Of a stretch of DNA of 64,000 nt, positions 1 to 12,958 are shown piece after piece (the first letter of the stretch is position 1; each line of letters begins with the position of its first letter). This DNA comes from Mizuhopecten yessoensis (taxonomy: Eukaryota): the NCBI RefSeq assembly GCF_002113885.1, contig NW_018406762.1, positions 1,390,834 to 1,454,833 of the forward strand, written 5' to 3'. The translations under genes and the position numbers were made by a program. Under the pieces are notes generated by a model. It did no database searches, had not been told where the DNA came from, and worked only from the letters and a program-made list of their open reading frames with translations.

Positions 1-786
1 TTGTCACGAAGGGATGCTAATAAACGTCCTTTTGTCAAACCACCTCTATACAAAAATGCAAAGGAATGAAGTGACGAAAATGTGTGGAACAAGTTCCTTC
101 AGCTTAACGCTATTATAAAAAAGACACCGTGTAAGCGTTAAACATTTCTATCGTAATATGGAAATATCGTGTCCTCAGAAGTTTGTGGATGTAAATGTAA
201 TCTGCAAATGTGATCCCTGTCACTCTGGTAAAAAACAATCTTCTTCCAACTGATTATTTTGGCTCGGGGAATATCTTTTAACTCAATCGGCGTCAGAAAA
301 ATACAACAGACGTCCCGGGTGAGATCCTTAAAATAGATATTGAAATATCAATTACCACGGTCACATACAACTGTACCTGTCGCATTGAGCCACGAAAAAG
401 ACTATAACTACTGTGGGTACCGGTTACATAATTTCTTACCTGTTCGCGTACCTGTAGTCACTCACATGTGTGTCTACACACTCTGACATACCCTATACGT
501 TACGTTCCATATAAAATTATTTTTGAAATAACCCCTGTATTTTCTTGTCTGGGTCTCTGTCTCCACGCTCCGTGCTAGGTCTACTCCAAAATGAGAAAGG
601 TCTAATGATCTTTGTCGGTTAAACAATCTAATGACTTATGTCTGTCCGATTACCGAGGTCATATAACATCCTTACGTTCATAGTCTCTACAATTTGATTA
701 AATTTGATATTTAAGGATGTTTTATATGTCACACATCGGTTAATCGTTGTGAACTTAGATATTGTTGTACCACGAGGTTCCTGATG

Positions 787-1072
787 TTACAGTTCCAAGA
801 CCGGGACGGTACCGTCGCGACAATCGATCCACACGTGTCCACACCCACTCTTTTAGGGGTAACGGATCCATGTCTCTGGTAAAGGACATACACCCGATTG
901 TTCCTCAGGTCTCGTACAAATACTCTGTCCTACTACGAACCTTTTGACAATGGTTGAGTACACCAGTCGATTTATATTTAGTTATACTTTAACTGTGTGC
1001 TATGATTGCTATATTATAACGTGCAGATTTTGCAACATCTTCCGACGACAAACATGCAGCAAAATACACATT
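787..1072 (-). pseudogene. Old degenerate relic of the TRIM-like beta-propeller 3' end
   Basis: Aligns by eye to the last ~330 nt of the intact genes (acggtaccgtc...gatccacacgtgtccacaccca...ggacatacac...gacgacaaacatg), with deletions and no intact ORF. The upstream plus-strand flank (gtaccacgagg) also matches the TRIM 3' UTR. Confidence 0.8.
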
Positions 1073-2629
1073 AATTTTAAAGGAAAAGTTCGAATAGGGA
1101 CCATTTATTTGTATTGTAAAAGTAAAATGTCTCATCAAACAAAATAAAAGTACTCCATTTTAGGTATACTCACACAACTTAAACAAATGTAACTTTTACA
1201 AATAAGTATGCCATCACGTTTGATCAACTAACCGGTTATTCGGTCAAATTTTGTAATCAAACAATAAACAACGACAATACGTTATATGTTTAACAAGTGT
1301 TATATTTAAAACGTATTTACACCACATGCATTCATTTATGTATTAATTAGCATGATAGTTTACTCGCGTATTTAAGCTAAACCCAGGAAATAATTACATG
1401 TAATCTCAGTTAGTATATTTCATGGACAACAAATGTCGGAATACAGTAAGACGGGATTTAATTACAGTTGTTAGTACTCGAAATCATATGTGGTAATATC
1501 GTCCCTTAGAACAAAATTTGATCGACAAACGTTTTACTACATGCTTGCTCGTTCAAGTGTGTACTCTTCGTATTATATTTATGTCTCGCATGTAAAAGCG
1601 CGTTCTACATGTACCCTTTAAAGTTTATATTTCACAACTGTATATTCTGGCTTCCTTAAAAAAAAATAGGTATTACTATGGTGCTGGCGGGATATCTTTG
1701 TCAATCTTTACAATGGAGTACAAAAACAACTCTAACATGTCACCTTGAACACTGTTCTTTATACAAAACTATCCTTTTTGGTCGCAGCTATCGATAATCT
1801 GTAGGTCTAAGCCAGGGAAGCATGGAACTCCTTAAAGGGGTAAATACATATCCGACTGTTTGGTTAACCGGCTAACAGTTGACAACCCAAACTAAAAACA
1901 AAGTCATTTTCGTCCATATGTCCATCACGTCTGTCCGCTTGTCTGTAATGTCTGTTTTTTGAAAGATCGCCTTGATATGTGATCTAATACGACTTTGCTT
2001 GATGGCATTTAAAATCTCTACATGCAGTCGGATATACTATTATTTTATGGGAGCCTTAATTACGCAAAATATCTGTAATTATCACATCAACATCTTATTC
2101 ATTTCTCATCAAGAATTTTAGAGCACCAACTTGATTGTAAATCTGATTTGACTTTTTAAAAACACATTTTATTGTTACAGAGTATACAGCAAAGATTGGA
2201 CACAACTTATTATTATTGTTTTGTCCATCATTTTGTGTACGTCTAACACGTGTCATAAATATTTTCGCACGGTTGAAATGTGTCATAAATTCTCTTATAC
2301 TCCTGAAATGTGTCATCAATACTTGAATTCCGCTCAAATCTGTCCTCAGCGTTTGTTTATTTTGTTAATGTTCTCAATTCAATTAATAGATTTAGTTTGA
2401 ATTACCAATCTTACATTATGTTTTAGTGTGAATCTCTCATGGATATGAAATGGAAGTCAGTTCAGACAGCATATGCCCTTAAATAGGTTGTGATGTGAAG
2501 TCACAAAGAGAAAACATATATTCCGTTTGGGTTAGGTTCTTAGTTCTCGGTGCGTTTGACGCTGGATTCACTTTAACTATAACATCTGAACGACTCACGA
2601 ACACTCATCTGGTGAATTGAATTCTATAT

Positions 2630-2985
2630 TATAAGATAAGAAAAACGATGTTAATTTATGATATGACAACATATCCAAACATCAGAGAGCGATATTTGTT
2701 GACTTTTTAAACATGTTCAACCATCAATAACTATTGCCTGTATATTATGAGATAAGAAAAACGATATAAATTTATGATATTACTACATATCCAAACTTCA
2801 GAAAGCGATCTTTGTTGACTTTTAAACATGTTCAGCCATCAATAACTATTGCCTGTATATTATAACATAAGAAAAACGATATTAATTTATGATATTACAA
2901 CATATCCAAACAAGCAAAACATCACAAAGTGATATTAGTTTTATATTCTTTTTACCTGTTCAACCATCCAATATTATTCCTATAA
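2630..2985. repeat. ~117-bp tandem repeat, 3 copies
   Basis: The unit ataagaaaaacgat..taatttatgatat.acaacatatccaaac...tgttcaaccatcaataactattgcctgta recurs at ~2635, 2752 and 2868. A paralogous region lies at ~31960-32370. Confidence 0.8.
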
Positions 2986-5007
2986 GTCATACCTGTACAT
3001 ATATCTGGTTATTGTTGTATTCGTTAATTTTTAGTCTATTTATGTTAAGTGATGATATTTTTTTTTTTTCAACCTTTAATAAAACCGTCAACATGGAATT
3101 AATGTCCTTGTATATTGTATAATGTATTAGAGTGAGAGTTAAACTATTTGTGAGTGATAGCAATTTATGATATTTTATCATGTTAAAATATTACTATTAA
3201 AATACAATGCCATTTTCGTCTGTCCGCTTGACTGTAATGTCTGTTTTGTGAAAGATCTCATTGATTTAGTACGGCTTTGCTTTATGGTATTAAAGATATC
3301 TACATAAACATGGCCTTTGCCTTGTAATTATATACATAGATTCGATATTTTTTTCAGATATTCTAGTAATTCATGGGAGTCTTAATTACGCAAAATGAAC
3401 ACATCAACAATAAGATTCATTTCTCGTAGAGAGCTTTAGAGCATCGACTTAATTTTAACAATTTTAACTGTTACAAATTACACAGCAAAGACTGGACACA
3501 AGTTATAGTAACCTACAAAATCATCTCCTATGCTAGGCACACTACAGGGTTTGATACCAGTCATTTAGAAATCATAAATAAATTAAAACGCAGTCGAGTT
3601 GACTTTTGTTTTAAAAGTTGATTTGCAAATCAATAAATAAAAAAAAGTTTTTGTAGGAATTATGGATTTATAAAAAAAACCCAAATCATTTATGTCAACG
3701 GTTTCCTTGCAAATATAGCTTCGACACTCAAGGTGTTACGCTCCCTTGAATATGTCATGACAACATCGAAGTCTCCGTACGTGCGACCTTCTGAATGATA
3801 GATACACCAAAATAGTCGTGTGGCACCGTAACGGTAAAATTGACGTCGGGTGCTGCCCCTCTAATCCTCTACGTTTTACTTTTGTTTACATGAGACCAAT
3901 CCAACAGCTACCTTCGTACTTAAGTTTTCACTACGACATATTCCACGGCTGCAGAGATCGTAAGTGAGCGTGACTCCTGGAGTATCTAGGGGGCCTCCCA
4001 AAAGACAACGTATTATGATGTTTCGACCGTTAAACTGGAAAACTTACGCTTTTAATTTCGTTGGCTAGTTATTATTGGTTTGCTTTCCGAGACGATTGAT
4101 AGTTTACATATTACGTCCACATACCAAAGGCGTAAACAATTCTATTACAAATATGGACAAAAAGGCGGGAAATCTAAATACTCATGACTTAATTTCTAGT
4201 TTTTCGTGTAGTTTCTTGTCTGTCAAATTCGTCAGTAAACTAACAAGAATGTTGATCATGAGTTCTTCCCTCATTTGTTTCAGTTCACGGATTTTTCGCT
4301 TATTGAATAACCGCTTTAAATGCATAATCAGTCGCACCGGGCCTGCCACCAGGATACGATCTAGCAGCGGCGAGTGAAAAATGTTTGAATCGCAGTCAAA
4401 TCGTAGAAAGATCGTGCGTTCTATGACACTAAAACGGAACAAAACACAATAACATTTGTTTTGATATTCACTTCAACTAAAAGAATTTGTGATGCACCCC
4501 CCCCCCGTTTCCATCAAATATTGAAGCTGCTTAGGATAGGAGATGGCGCATTGATACACATGTGAGATATTTAGTGGATTTTACAAATATCACGACGTCA
4601 TTCTCGAAAAGAAATATTTATTCAATTAGGAAGCATAATGTTTTGAATAATTTGGACAGGAAAGGAAAATAAGATAAAATACAACAAAAATAATATTAGG
4701 CAAAATTAGCACTGATATACGAACTGAACATTCAGAAAAAAATCTTTATATATAGTGAAGATGAAGCAAGCAGAATTATTTTATAGCTTCGAGTTACTTC
4801 CCTGTCTACGTAGGAATCTCTTATTTTCATAGACTTTTCGTCCCATAAATTGGACTCCAATTTCGGTACTAATTTCTTGGATGGAAGTATTAGCGTAGTG
4901 GAATATTTCATTTACAAGCAAATAGCAGTAACAGTGGTAATAATGGATTCAACTAATTGCTGCCCTCAAATAAATAACAAACAATACAAAGACACAGCAG
5001 TAATACA

Positions 5008-5825
5008 AACAAGAGGTCCAGAGGGTCATCAAATATTATATTGCACTACAAACATTTCCCTCGCAAACTTTGTCGGTTCTATCTGGTGAAACTACCAGCT
5101 AAATGATATTATAAGATTCTATGCATTTTGGTTTTTCTTCAGAAGTAGTTTGACATATTTTCCCCTGTGACCTTGTAAGTAGGTCAATGTCATTCTCCTT
5201 CTCAAACGTTATAAGCTCTATCCCAAAAAAGGCTACCAATCTAACCTTATGAATCCATTCCTTTTGGTTCTTTAGAACAAATTGTTTGAAATGTTGTTGA
5301 CCTCTGTGACCTTTAAAATAGGTTGAGGTCATTTGCATTTGCAATCTTTAGTGAGCTCTATCCCAGGAATCCAAATATGAAGATTCCATACCTTTTAGTT
5401 CTTCAGGAGAAGTGGTTTGAAGCAATTCACATATTGAACCGCTGTGACCTTGAAAGTAGGTCAATGTCATTTTAATAGGGTAACCTTTTAGCACTCCATT
5501 CCTAGGTACCTACTGGCAAAATAGCATGATCCTATGCCTTATAGAACTGTTTAAGAGGAAACATTATAGCACTCCATCCTAAGTATCGACTTGCAACATA
5601 TTATGACCCTGGACCTTATGGGGCTTGAGAGGAATATTGTTAAAGTTTTTAACATATTTGACCCCTGTGACCTTGAAAGTAGGTCAAATATCATAACCCT
5701 ACGTCATCAAGTTCTTCAGAAGAAGTCGCTCAGAGAAAAAGTTGACGGACAGACGGACAACGGACGCAGCAGTACGGCATAAGCTCACATTCGCATGGCC
5801 TTTCGGTCCCTGTGAGCTATTAAAA
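5008..5825 (+). mobile_element. Non-autonomous Helitron/Helentron-like (HINE-type) element with internal TGACCTTGA repeats
   Basis: It starts AACAAGAGG and carries repeated tgaccttgaaagtaggtcaa units and a gacggacagacggac microsatellite. It ends in a stem-loop agctcaca...ggcctttcggtcc..tgtgagct followed by an A-run. This layout is typical of bivalve HINE-like elements; the class is inferred. Confidence 0.6.
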
Positions 5826-6375
5826 TGACTATTTAGAGTTTCATTTTTAATTTTTTTAATTGTGTTTTCTGCATGAATAGAAAATCATAAATAATGTGCA
5901 AATATAATACCATTTAAAAGTATGTAATTGGATGTTTTTATTTTTTGGAAACGAACTTTTTGAGTTACAAAACTTAATGCAGATAATTTCATGCAACACA
6001 CTCTTAAATATTGATAGTGTTTTTCTGTCTGATTCTCTCTCTCTCCCCCTTCTCTTTAACTACCTCTTAATGTGTGCATATGATTAATTACGTGGCGCAA
6101 AAATGTCTTCAAGAAATATTTCATCATTGTACAAATTGTAATAATATATTTGAACTTGATGGTACTGGAAGTTTACCTTAAGATGACATGAAATATTTCA
6201 AAATAAATCCTTGAAAACTAAGTAAATAAATAAAACGAAACCGTCAGTGCAGTTCACTAGTTAATTCGTTGATCAGGCATTGTCGGTTCAAAAACCATAT
6301 GACTTTAAAATGTCATAAACACCATTTGATCAATTGTTCAAATGTCTCTATAAAATGAATCGATATTTGAGAGTG

Positions 6376-6381
6376 TTTATT
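6376..6381 (-). promoter_or_regulatory. Candidate polyadenylation signal (AATAAA) of TRIM-like copy 1
   Basis: tttatt on the plus strand ~90 nt past the stop codon. It is at the same position in intact copies 4 (34425-34430) and 5 (44505-44510). Confidence 0.55.
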
Positions 6382-6469
6382 AGACATTGATGAATTGTTT
6401 GTGATGATATTTACATAATGTAGTATTGTACGACGAGGTCAACTGTTTATCATGTACTCTTTCCTCATG

Positions 6470-8089
6470 TTACAGTCTCATTACGTGTACGGTACCGTCC
6501 TCACACCCGATCCACACGTTCCCGCACGTGTCCACACCCACCGATGTAGGTTTGGTCACTCCACGTTTCTGATCCAGGAGACACGTGGCCTGTGTACTAT
6601 CTCTCGGTAGGACATACACCTGGTTGTTAGTGTAGTCCGGTACAAACAGTCTGTCGTACTTGTCACGTGACATATTACGGATGTCCCTACTACCAACCTG
6701 CTGGCCGTTGTTGAGTTCACCAGACCATTTATATTTTGTTGTACCGGATCTGTCTGTTATGATTGATACATTATCATAGTCCGACACTGCAATGTCTCCT
6801 GACGACAAACATGTTATACACCACGCCTTCATTCCACACGTCACCTTCCTCACAATCGTACCTGTCTGATTCAGTACCACTATGACTGCAGTGTTTGTAT
6901 TAACAAACACCTCGTCCCTCTCGTTGATGCTGATGTCGTATGCTTTATGTGGTCTAATGTCAGCAAATGTTGTCACTTGTTTGTTGTGTAGTGATAGTTT
7001 ATATACAAATGTACTAAATGGATCAATGGTCATAAGTATGGCTTTTGTCCCGACAATGTTGGTTTTGTGCGGACAGAAGTCCAGTTTAACTGTCTCTTTG
7101 GCCACAGCCTCACTGTTGACCAGTACCAGAACCTGGTATTCGTGTATTGATAACCACGCGTGACTATCGTCGACTGGACTTATATCCAATATTTGATTTT
7201 GTTGCGAAACAGTAAACTTAGAGAGACGCTGAACGTGTTTACTGTCGATGTCTGTCTTCTCGTACTGGTCCCCGTGGTGTAATTCACCTAACATTTTCGT
7301 CAACAGGATGCGGTTGATATTTCCGAGAACAAAGCTTGGTTGTTTTGGTGAAACATGTTTCATCTTAACGTCATACAGGGGCAGAGTTTTCCTCAATGAC
7401 ATTTCCGTTTCAAATATGGATACACTAGATGTATCTGTCATTTCCGCCTGTTCAAGCAGACGCGTCAGCTCTTCGACATTTTTCTCCGATCGTTGAATAT
7501 CTTTCTTGTACAGCAGTGATTCCTCTTTTTCCAAAGATGCTAACTCGGCTAGCACTGCTTCCGCGATATAATCTACTTCTGCCTTTAACTTAGTCCTCTG
7601 TGAGTTTACCTCTCTCCTCGTTGTATCAATGTTGTCTTTGAACGTTTTGTTCACGCAATGTCGCTTGGACGTCTCGGTCTTGAAATTTGCTATTTTATCA
7701 GCTAACGTTGTCATATGTTCCTTAAAATGTTCCTTTTTGACAGACAGTTCGTCTTCAAAAGGTTTCCAGTTGTGCTGTTTATGATTTTTAGATAAACATA
7801 TCGAACAAATCAACTCGTTGCAGTCTGAGCAGAACATATCACACAGTTTACCGGGATGTAGTTTACATACCTCTGGCACAGGCTTGTCACCCTGACGGTT
7901 AGCCTTCCCTATCGACACGACGTCATCGTTTTTAGTTTTTCTTCCGCGTGTATGGGTTTCCTTACACCGGTCACATAAATTCTCCTGACAATCGTTACAG
8001 TACCATCTTACCCCGTCTTCACTGTCACACAAAGCACATGTGTAAGTAACGGGTTCTTGGGCACGCCGTACGGATCTGTTACTTGCCAT
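6470..8089 (-). CDS. TRIM-like protein copy 1, intact, 539 aa: B-box1, B-box2, coiled coil, NHL-like beta-propeller, no RING
   Basis: Uninterrupted 1620-nt ORF from an ATG in ACACCATGG context. B-box1 is CxxC..CxxC..LCxxC..H and B-box2 is CxxH..CxxFCxxC..ICxxC..HxxH. A helical E/K-rich segment follows, then NHL-type blades (DISINERDEVFV, LFVPDYTNNQVYV, PTSVGVDTCGNVWIG). The ORF track starts earlier at an alternative codon; the conserved ATG is at 8089. Confidence 0.9.
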   Translation of the reverse strand: MASNRSVRRAQEPVTYTCALCDSEDGVRWYCNDCQENLCDRCKETHTRGRKTKNDDVVSIGKANRQGDKPVPEVCKLHPGKLCDMFCSDCNELICSICLSKNHKQHNWKPFEDELSVKKEHFKEHMTTLADKIANFKTETSKRHCVNKTFKDNIDTTRREVNSQRTKLKAEVDYIAEAVLAELASLEKEESLLYKKDIQRSEKNVEELTRLLEQAEMTDTSSVSIFETEMSLRKTLPLYDVKMKHVSPKQPSFVLGNINRILLTKMLGELHHGDQYEKTDIDSKHVQRLSKFTVSQQNQILDISPVDDSHAWLSIHEYQVLVLVNSEAVAKETVKLDFCPHKTNIVGTKAILMTIDPFSTFVYKLSLHNKQVTTFADIRPHKAYDISINERDEVFVNTNTAVIVVLNQTGTIVRKVTCGMKAWCITCLSSGDIAVSDYDNVSIITDRSGTTKYKWSGELNNGQQVGSRDIRNMSRDKYDRLFVPDYTNNQVYVLPRDSTQATCLLDQKRGVTKPTSVGVDTCGNVWIGCEDGTVHVMRL

Positions 8090-8154
8090 GGTGTTGGTAC
8101 TTAACACACAAACAGTGAAATACTACCATTTGTTTCTGTGTCGGTACAACTATA

Positions 8155-8235
8155 ACTATACACTTCCTTGTTACGGTTATATCACGTGACTTGACCGACA
8201 GACAGTATAATGTCCCGGACTCCTGGCGCTAGGCC
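8155..8235 (-). promoter_or_regulatory. Conserved upstream block (candidate proximal promoter) with E-box TCACGTGAC and ETS-like AGGAAGTG
   Basis: The block gtcccggactcctgg...cacgtga...ccttgtt is retained 70-150 nt upstream of all ATG-bearing copies (~8155, 21395, 36230, 46300, 50360), while the more distal flanks diverge into two types. Confidence 0.4.
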
Positions 8236-9614
8236 AAAATAATCTAACTTAAAGGCAGATCTTGCTATCATACGTTACCATCATTACATGTGTGTATTAG
8301 ACATACATTTAAGTTGTGATTTGTTCTTGAACTGTGTCCCTTCGACCAAACATTTAGACTTTCAAAAGAAAACGACTAGTGTTGAATACATATGATGAAG
8401 AAGCTGTATGAGGCAATAATCTTTTTCGGCAAATTTTATGCATTACTTAATGTTAAAGGTGTATCACGTTTATTTGTGTTACGTTCATCTCATGTATATT
8501 ACATATAACGAGCTGGTCGCCGCCAAACTAGCCCGGTAACAATACAGAAGTGGCACGAAATTCCCGTTAACGTCATTTGACGTCACGAAACAGTTTATGC
8601 ACAGGGGTTCGTCACAAATGTCTAAAATTAACAAATGATTTACTGTTGAATCAAAGCACAGCAAGGCACAACTAATTAATTATCTTAGTTTGATGTGACT
8701 CATAGCAGTGTAGCCAATGTTTATTTCAGACATATGTCACAACCCCTGTACAATGATACAGATGCTTGTTAATTTTAACTTTCTGCCCCACTTTTCACTT
8801 AAGATCCACGATATCACACAGTTGTGATGACTTATGTTCATCTACTAAGTTTCGGAAAGCGTAAATACTACTGCATTATTATTTATACTATATATACCCT
8901 GTTTGTAAAAAAAAATCATCGTCAATGAAAAAACAAAGAACATTTCTAACCCCCTAAAATAAAGAATCGTTACTGTAAAGTTGACACTTGAGTGTTTTGA
9001 ATTGTTTTCAACCCCACTACAACATCTGTTTGTTATACATATGTATATTCGAGTTTTCGTGTAATGACTGTTACTTGTGACTCAATAATATTTGTATATT
9101 TTACTTTTTTAATATACATAATGTCAATGTGAAAATTGTTGATGGGTTTTGTATATTTCGACCCATGATAAATATCACTCGACTTTATAAAGAAAACGTA
9201 CCGCCTCGGGCGGAGAAGCACACTCACAAAACAGTGTGGTAGCTGTGGACGCTTACTCTGTCAGAGATGACAGGGGGCTACACATATGATCCCTTCCTCC
9301 ATGATGTCAGGAGCGGATAGTCAGGATACTTGATGTTTTTCATTATGCTATAAAACGTTATTCATATTACAATAAGTATGAAACAATTAATTGAAACTCA
9401 TATTTTATTATCTTTTTGGACCTGATGTAAGCGCGCAGGGGTCTCAATTTGGGAGGAAACTAGAGTGCTTTATTAAAGAAGAAGAATGTATAATCCACTG
9501 CACCCCCGACCACCCGATGTTTGCATGCTTTAAGGAGTTAGGGCGAACGTCATATACAAACATGATATGCGATCACCATGGTATGCACACCAAGACCTCT
9601 GTTTCAATTTTGAA

Positions 9615-9742
9615 AATAGGAAGGATGTCATAGTCAGTAGATACATAGCCCTAGCTATTAACATTATTGGTACAGGTAAATAGGAAGGATGTAATAGTCA
9701 GTAGTTACATAGCCCTACCTATTGATGTTATTGGTTCAGGTA
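9615..9742. repeat. Two units of the 64-bp minisatellite
   Basis: aaataggaaggatgt.atagtcagtag..acatagcccta.ctatt..gttattggt.caggt x2; same unit as the array at 38425-40107. Confidence 0.85.
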
Positions 9743-10033
9743 CCGTCGCGACAATCGATCCACACGTGTCCACACCCACTCTTTCAGGGGTAACCGATCC
9801 GTTTCTCTGGTAAAGAACATACACGTGATTGTTCCTCAGGTCTCGCACACAGACTCTGTCGTACTTGTCAGATGATATTTTATGGCTACTCCTACTACGA
9901 ACCTTTTGGCGATTGTTGAGTCCACCAATTGATTTATATTTAGTTATACTTGAACTGTGAACTATGATTGATATATTATAGCATGCCGACATTGCAACCT
10001 CTCCTGACGATAAACATGCAGCAAAATACACAT
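9741..10033 (-). pseudogene. Degenerate TRIM-like propeller relic (paralog of 787-1072)
   Basis: ORF 9705..10100 contains ACLSSGEVAMS, KYKSIGGLNNRQKVRSRSSHKISSDKYDRVCV and VTPERVGVDTCG, which clearly derive from the TRIM C-terminus. Confidence 0.85.
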
Positions 10034-12447
10034 TTGTTTTAAACGAAAAGTTCGAATAGGTACCATTTATTTGTATTGTAAAAGTAAAATGCCACATCAA
10101 ACAAAATAAAAGTACTCCATTTTAGGTTTCCTCACACAACTTAAACAAATGTAACTTTTACAAACAGGTATGCCATCACGTTTGATCGAGTATTCGGTTA
10201 TTTGGTGTATTTTGTAATCAAACAATAAACAACGACAATACGTTATATGTTTAACAAGTGTTTTATTTAAAACGTATTTACACCACATACATAATTTATA
10301 TCAATAAAATAGCATGATAGTTTAATCGCGTTTTTAAACTAAACCAAGGAAATAATTACATGTAACCTCAGGTAGTTTATTTAATGGGCAAGACATATCG
10401 GAATACAGTAAGCCGGGATTTAATTACAGTTATCTGTACACGAAATCATACGTGGCAATAATACTATTTAGAACAAAATTTTATCGACAAACGTTTCAAT
10501 ACATGCTTGCTCATTCAAGTGTGACCTCGTCATACACCTAGCATGTAAAAGTGCGTTCAAAATGTACCTTTAATAGTTTATATTTCACAACTGTGTATTC
10601 TGGCTTCCTTTAAAAAAAATCGGTATTACTATGGTGCTGTAGGGATATCTTTGTCAATCTGTACAATAGAGTACAAAAACAGCTCTAGCATGTCACCGTG
10701 AACACTGTTCTTATGACAAAACTATCCTTTTTGGTCGCAGCTATGGATAATTTGTAGGTCTAAAACAGGGAAGCATAGAGCTCCCCAAAGGGTTAAATAA
10801 ATATCCGACTATTTAGTTAACCGGATAACAGTTGACAACCTAAACTAAAAACAACGTCGTTTTCGTCCATATGTCGGCATCACGTCTGTCCGCTTGTCTG
10901 TAATGTCTGCTTTTGACAGATCGCCTTGATATGTGATTTAGTACGACCCTGCTTGATGGCATTTAAAATCTCTACATAAAGTCGGATATATAAGTATTTC
11001 ATGGGTGTCTTAATTACGCAAAACATATGTGATGAACAAAACAGCATCTTATTCATTTCTCATCAAGAATTTAGAGCACCAAATTGATTGTAAATCTGAT
11101 TTGACTTTTTAAAAACACATTTTATTGTTAATGAGTATACATCAAAGACTGGACATAAGTTATTGTAACCTACAAAACTTCCCTCTTATAACAGTAACAC
11201 AACAGTGTTTGATACCAGTCATTCCCCTCTTATTTCAGTTACAGAACCGGGTTTGTTACCAGTCATTTATTCTCCTCTTATTCCAGTTACACAACCGGGT
11301 TTGATACCAGTCATTTAAGAATTAATTACAACGCAGTCGAATAAAAGGTTGGAAAATTGAATGGCTGGAGTTATTTGTTGTCGTTACATTTTCGTCCCCT
11401 TTAAATCTAAATATAATTACACAACACGAAGTGGTAGTACACCATGCCAGGGTTGTTGGTATGCGTAAAAATGATTAAGCATAAAGGAAGTCAAAAAGAT
11501 ATATATTTACCTTTCTATCGAAATGTTATTTTCAGTTGATTTTCAAATAATTTTATAAAAAGTTCACTTTGTTGGATTTGGATTTTTGACAACAAGTCAT
11601 TTATGTGAACGGTTTCCTCCCTAACAATATGGCATTGATATTCCAGGGGGTTCGTTCACTGAAATATGTCATGACAAAATTAAAGTCTCTGCTATTTTCT
11701 AAATGATACAAGTACGCTAGTCAATCAAACAGCTACATTTGTGCCTTATATTTCACCATGATATTTCCATGGTTGATAAACGGTATAAACAGTTATGATC
11801 CCAAAGAACCTTCCACTAAGTTTGTTTGACTTGAAGTAATATCCGTTATATATAGAAGATGGACCAAGCAGATGGATTTTGTAGCCCAGAGTTACTTCCC
11901 CTGTCTACCTTTGAACCGTTTAGTGCTCTCTTCATTTTCATAGACTTTGTGGCCCTTAAATTGGATTCTAACTTCGGAGCTATTCTTTAGACGAAAGTAT
12001 TGGCGTAGGCTTGGCAGTATAATAGTCATGAGTTCGAATTCTGCAGTACTTCTGTTCCCCCTTTTCATTCCGATTTTCAAAACACTCAATTTTCACACAA
12101 CTATAGTTCTGTAAAATGCATCATCACATATATTTTTAATAAATACTTCTTTAAAAATAAATATTCACAACATTATCAGCGGAAATAATGGAATTTAACT
12201 CATTGGTACCCTTTCTTTTTAATGAATTGCAAAGAAAACAAAGACCTAATACCTATACAAATACTTTATTTAGAGCTTCACAGTTTAGTTAGTTTTATAC
12301 ATGAACAGAGAATAAGAAAAGTATATACAAATCTAAATCCATTGAACACCTTGTATTTAGATGTTTGTATTGTTTGGAAACGAACTTTTCGAGTAAAAAA
12401 ACCGTAATGAAGATGTTTTATATAGCACGTTCTTAAATATTGACAAA

Positions 12448-12448
12448 G

Positions 12449-12481
<33 letters not shown>

Positions 12482-12482
12482 G
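12448..12482. repeat. (TCTG)n microsatellite
   Basis: About 8 TCTG units; shorter at the paralogous site ~44120-44141. Confidence 0.85.
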
Positions 12483-12958
12483 ATTCTTTTCTCTCTAACT
12501 ATCTCTTCATATATGCCTATAATTAATTACGTGTCGCAAAAATGTTTTAAACAAACATTTCATCATTATGACAATCATAATAAGATATTTTAACATTATG
12601 GTACTCGATCTTTACCTTAAGATGACATGAAATATTTCAAAATAAATCTTTATTAACTGAGTAAATAAAAACAATACCTAATCCCACATATAGATAAAAC
12701 AAAACCCTCAGCGCAGCTCACTATCATTGATTGATCAGTTCCATGCTCAGGCATTGTCGGTTCAAAATCCTTATATAACTTTAAAATGTTTTTCAAATAT
12801 GTCATTTACACCAATTGATCAATTGTTCGAATTATTCTAAAATATGAATCGATATTTGAGGGTATTTTTCAGACATTGATGAATTGTTTGTGATGATATT
12901 TACATAATGCAGTATTGTACCACGAGGTCAAATGTTCACCATGTACTATATCCTCATG

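Noticed and set aside
6882-7496. Recurrent plus-strand ORFs inside each TRIM copy (e.g. MSVFSYWSPWCNSP...)
   Set aside because: They are antisense shadows of the TRIM CDS and recur only because the gene is duplicated.
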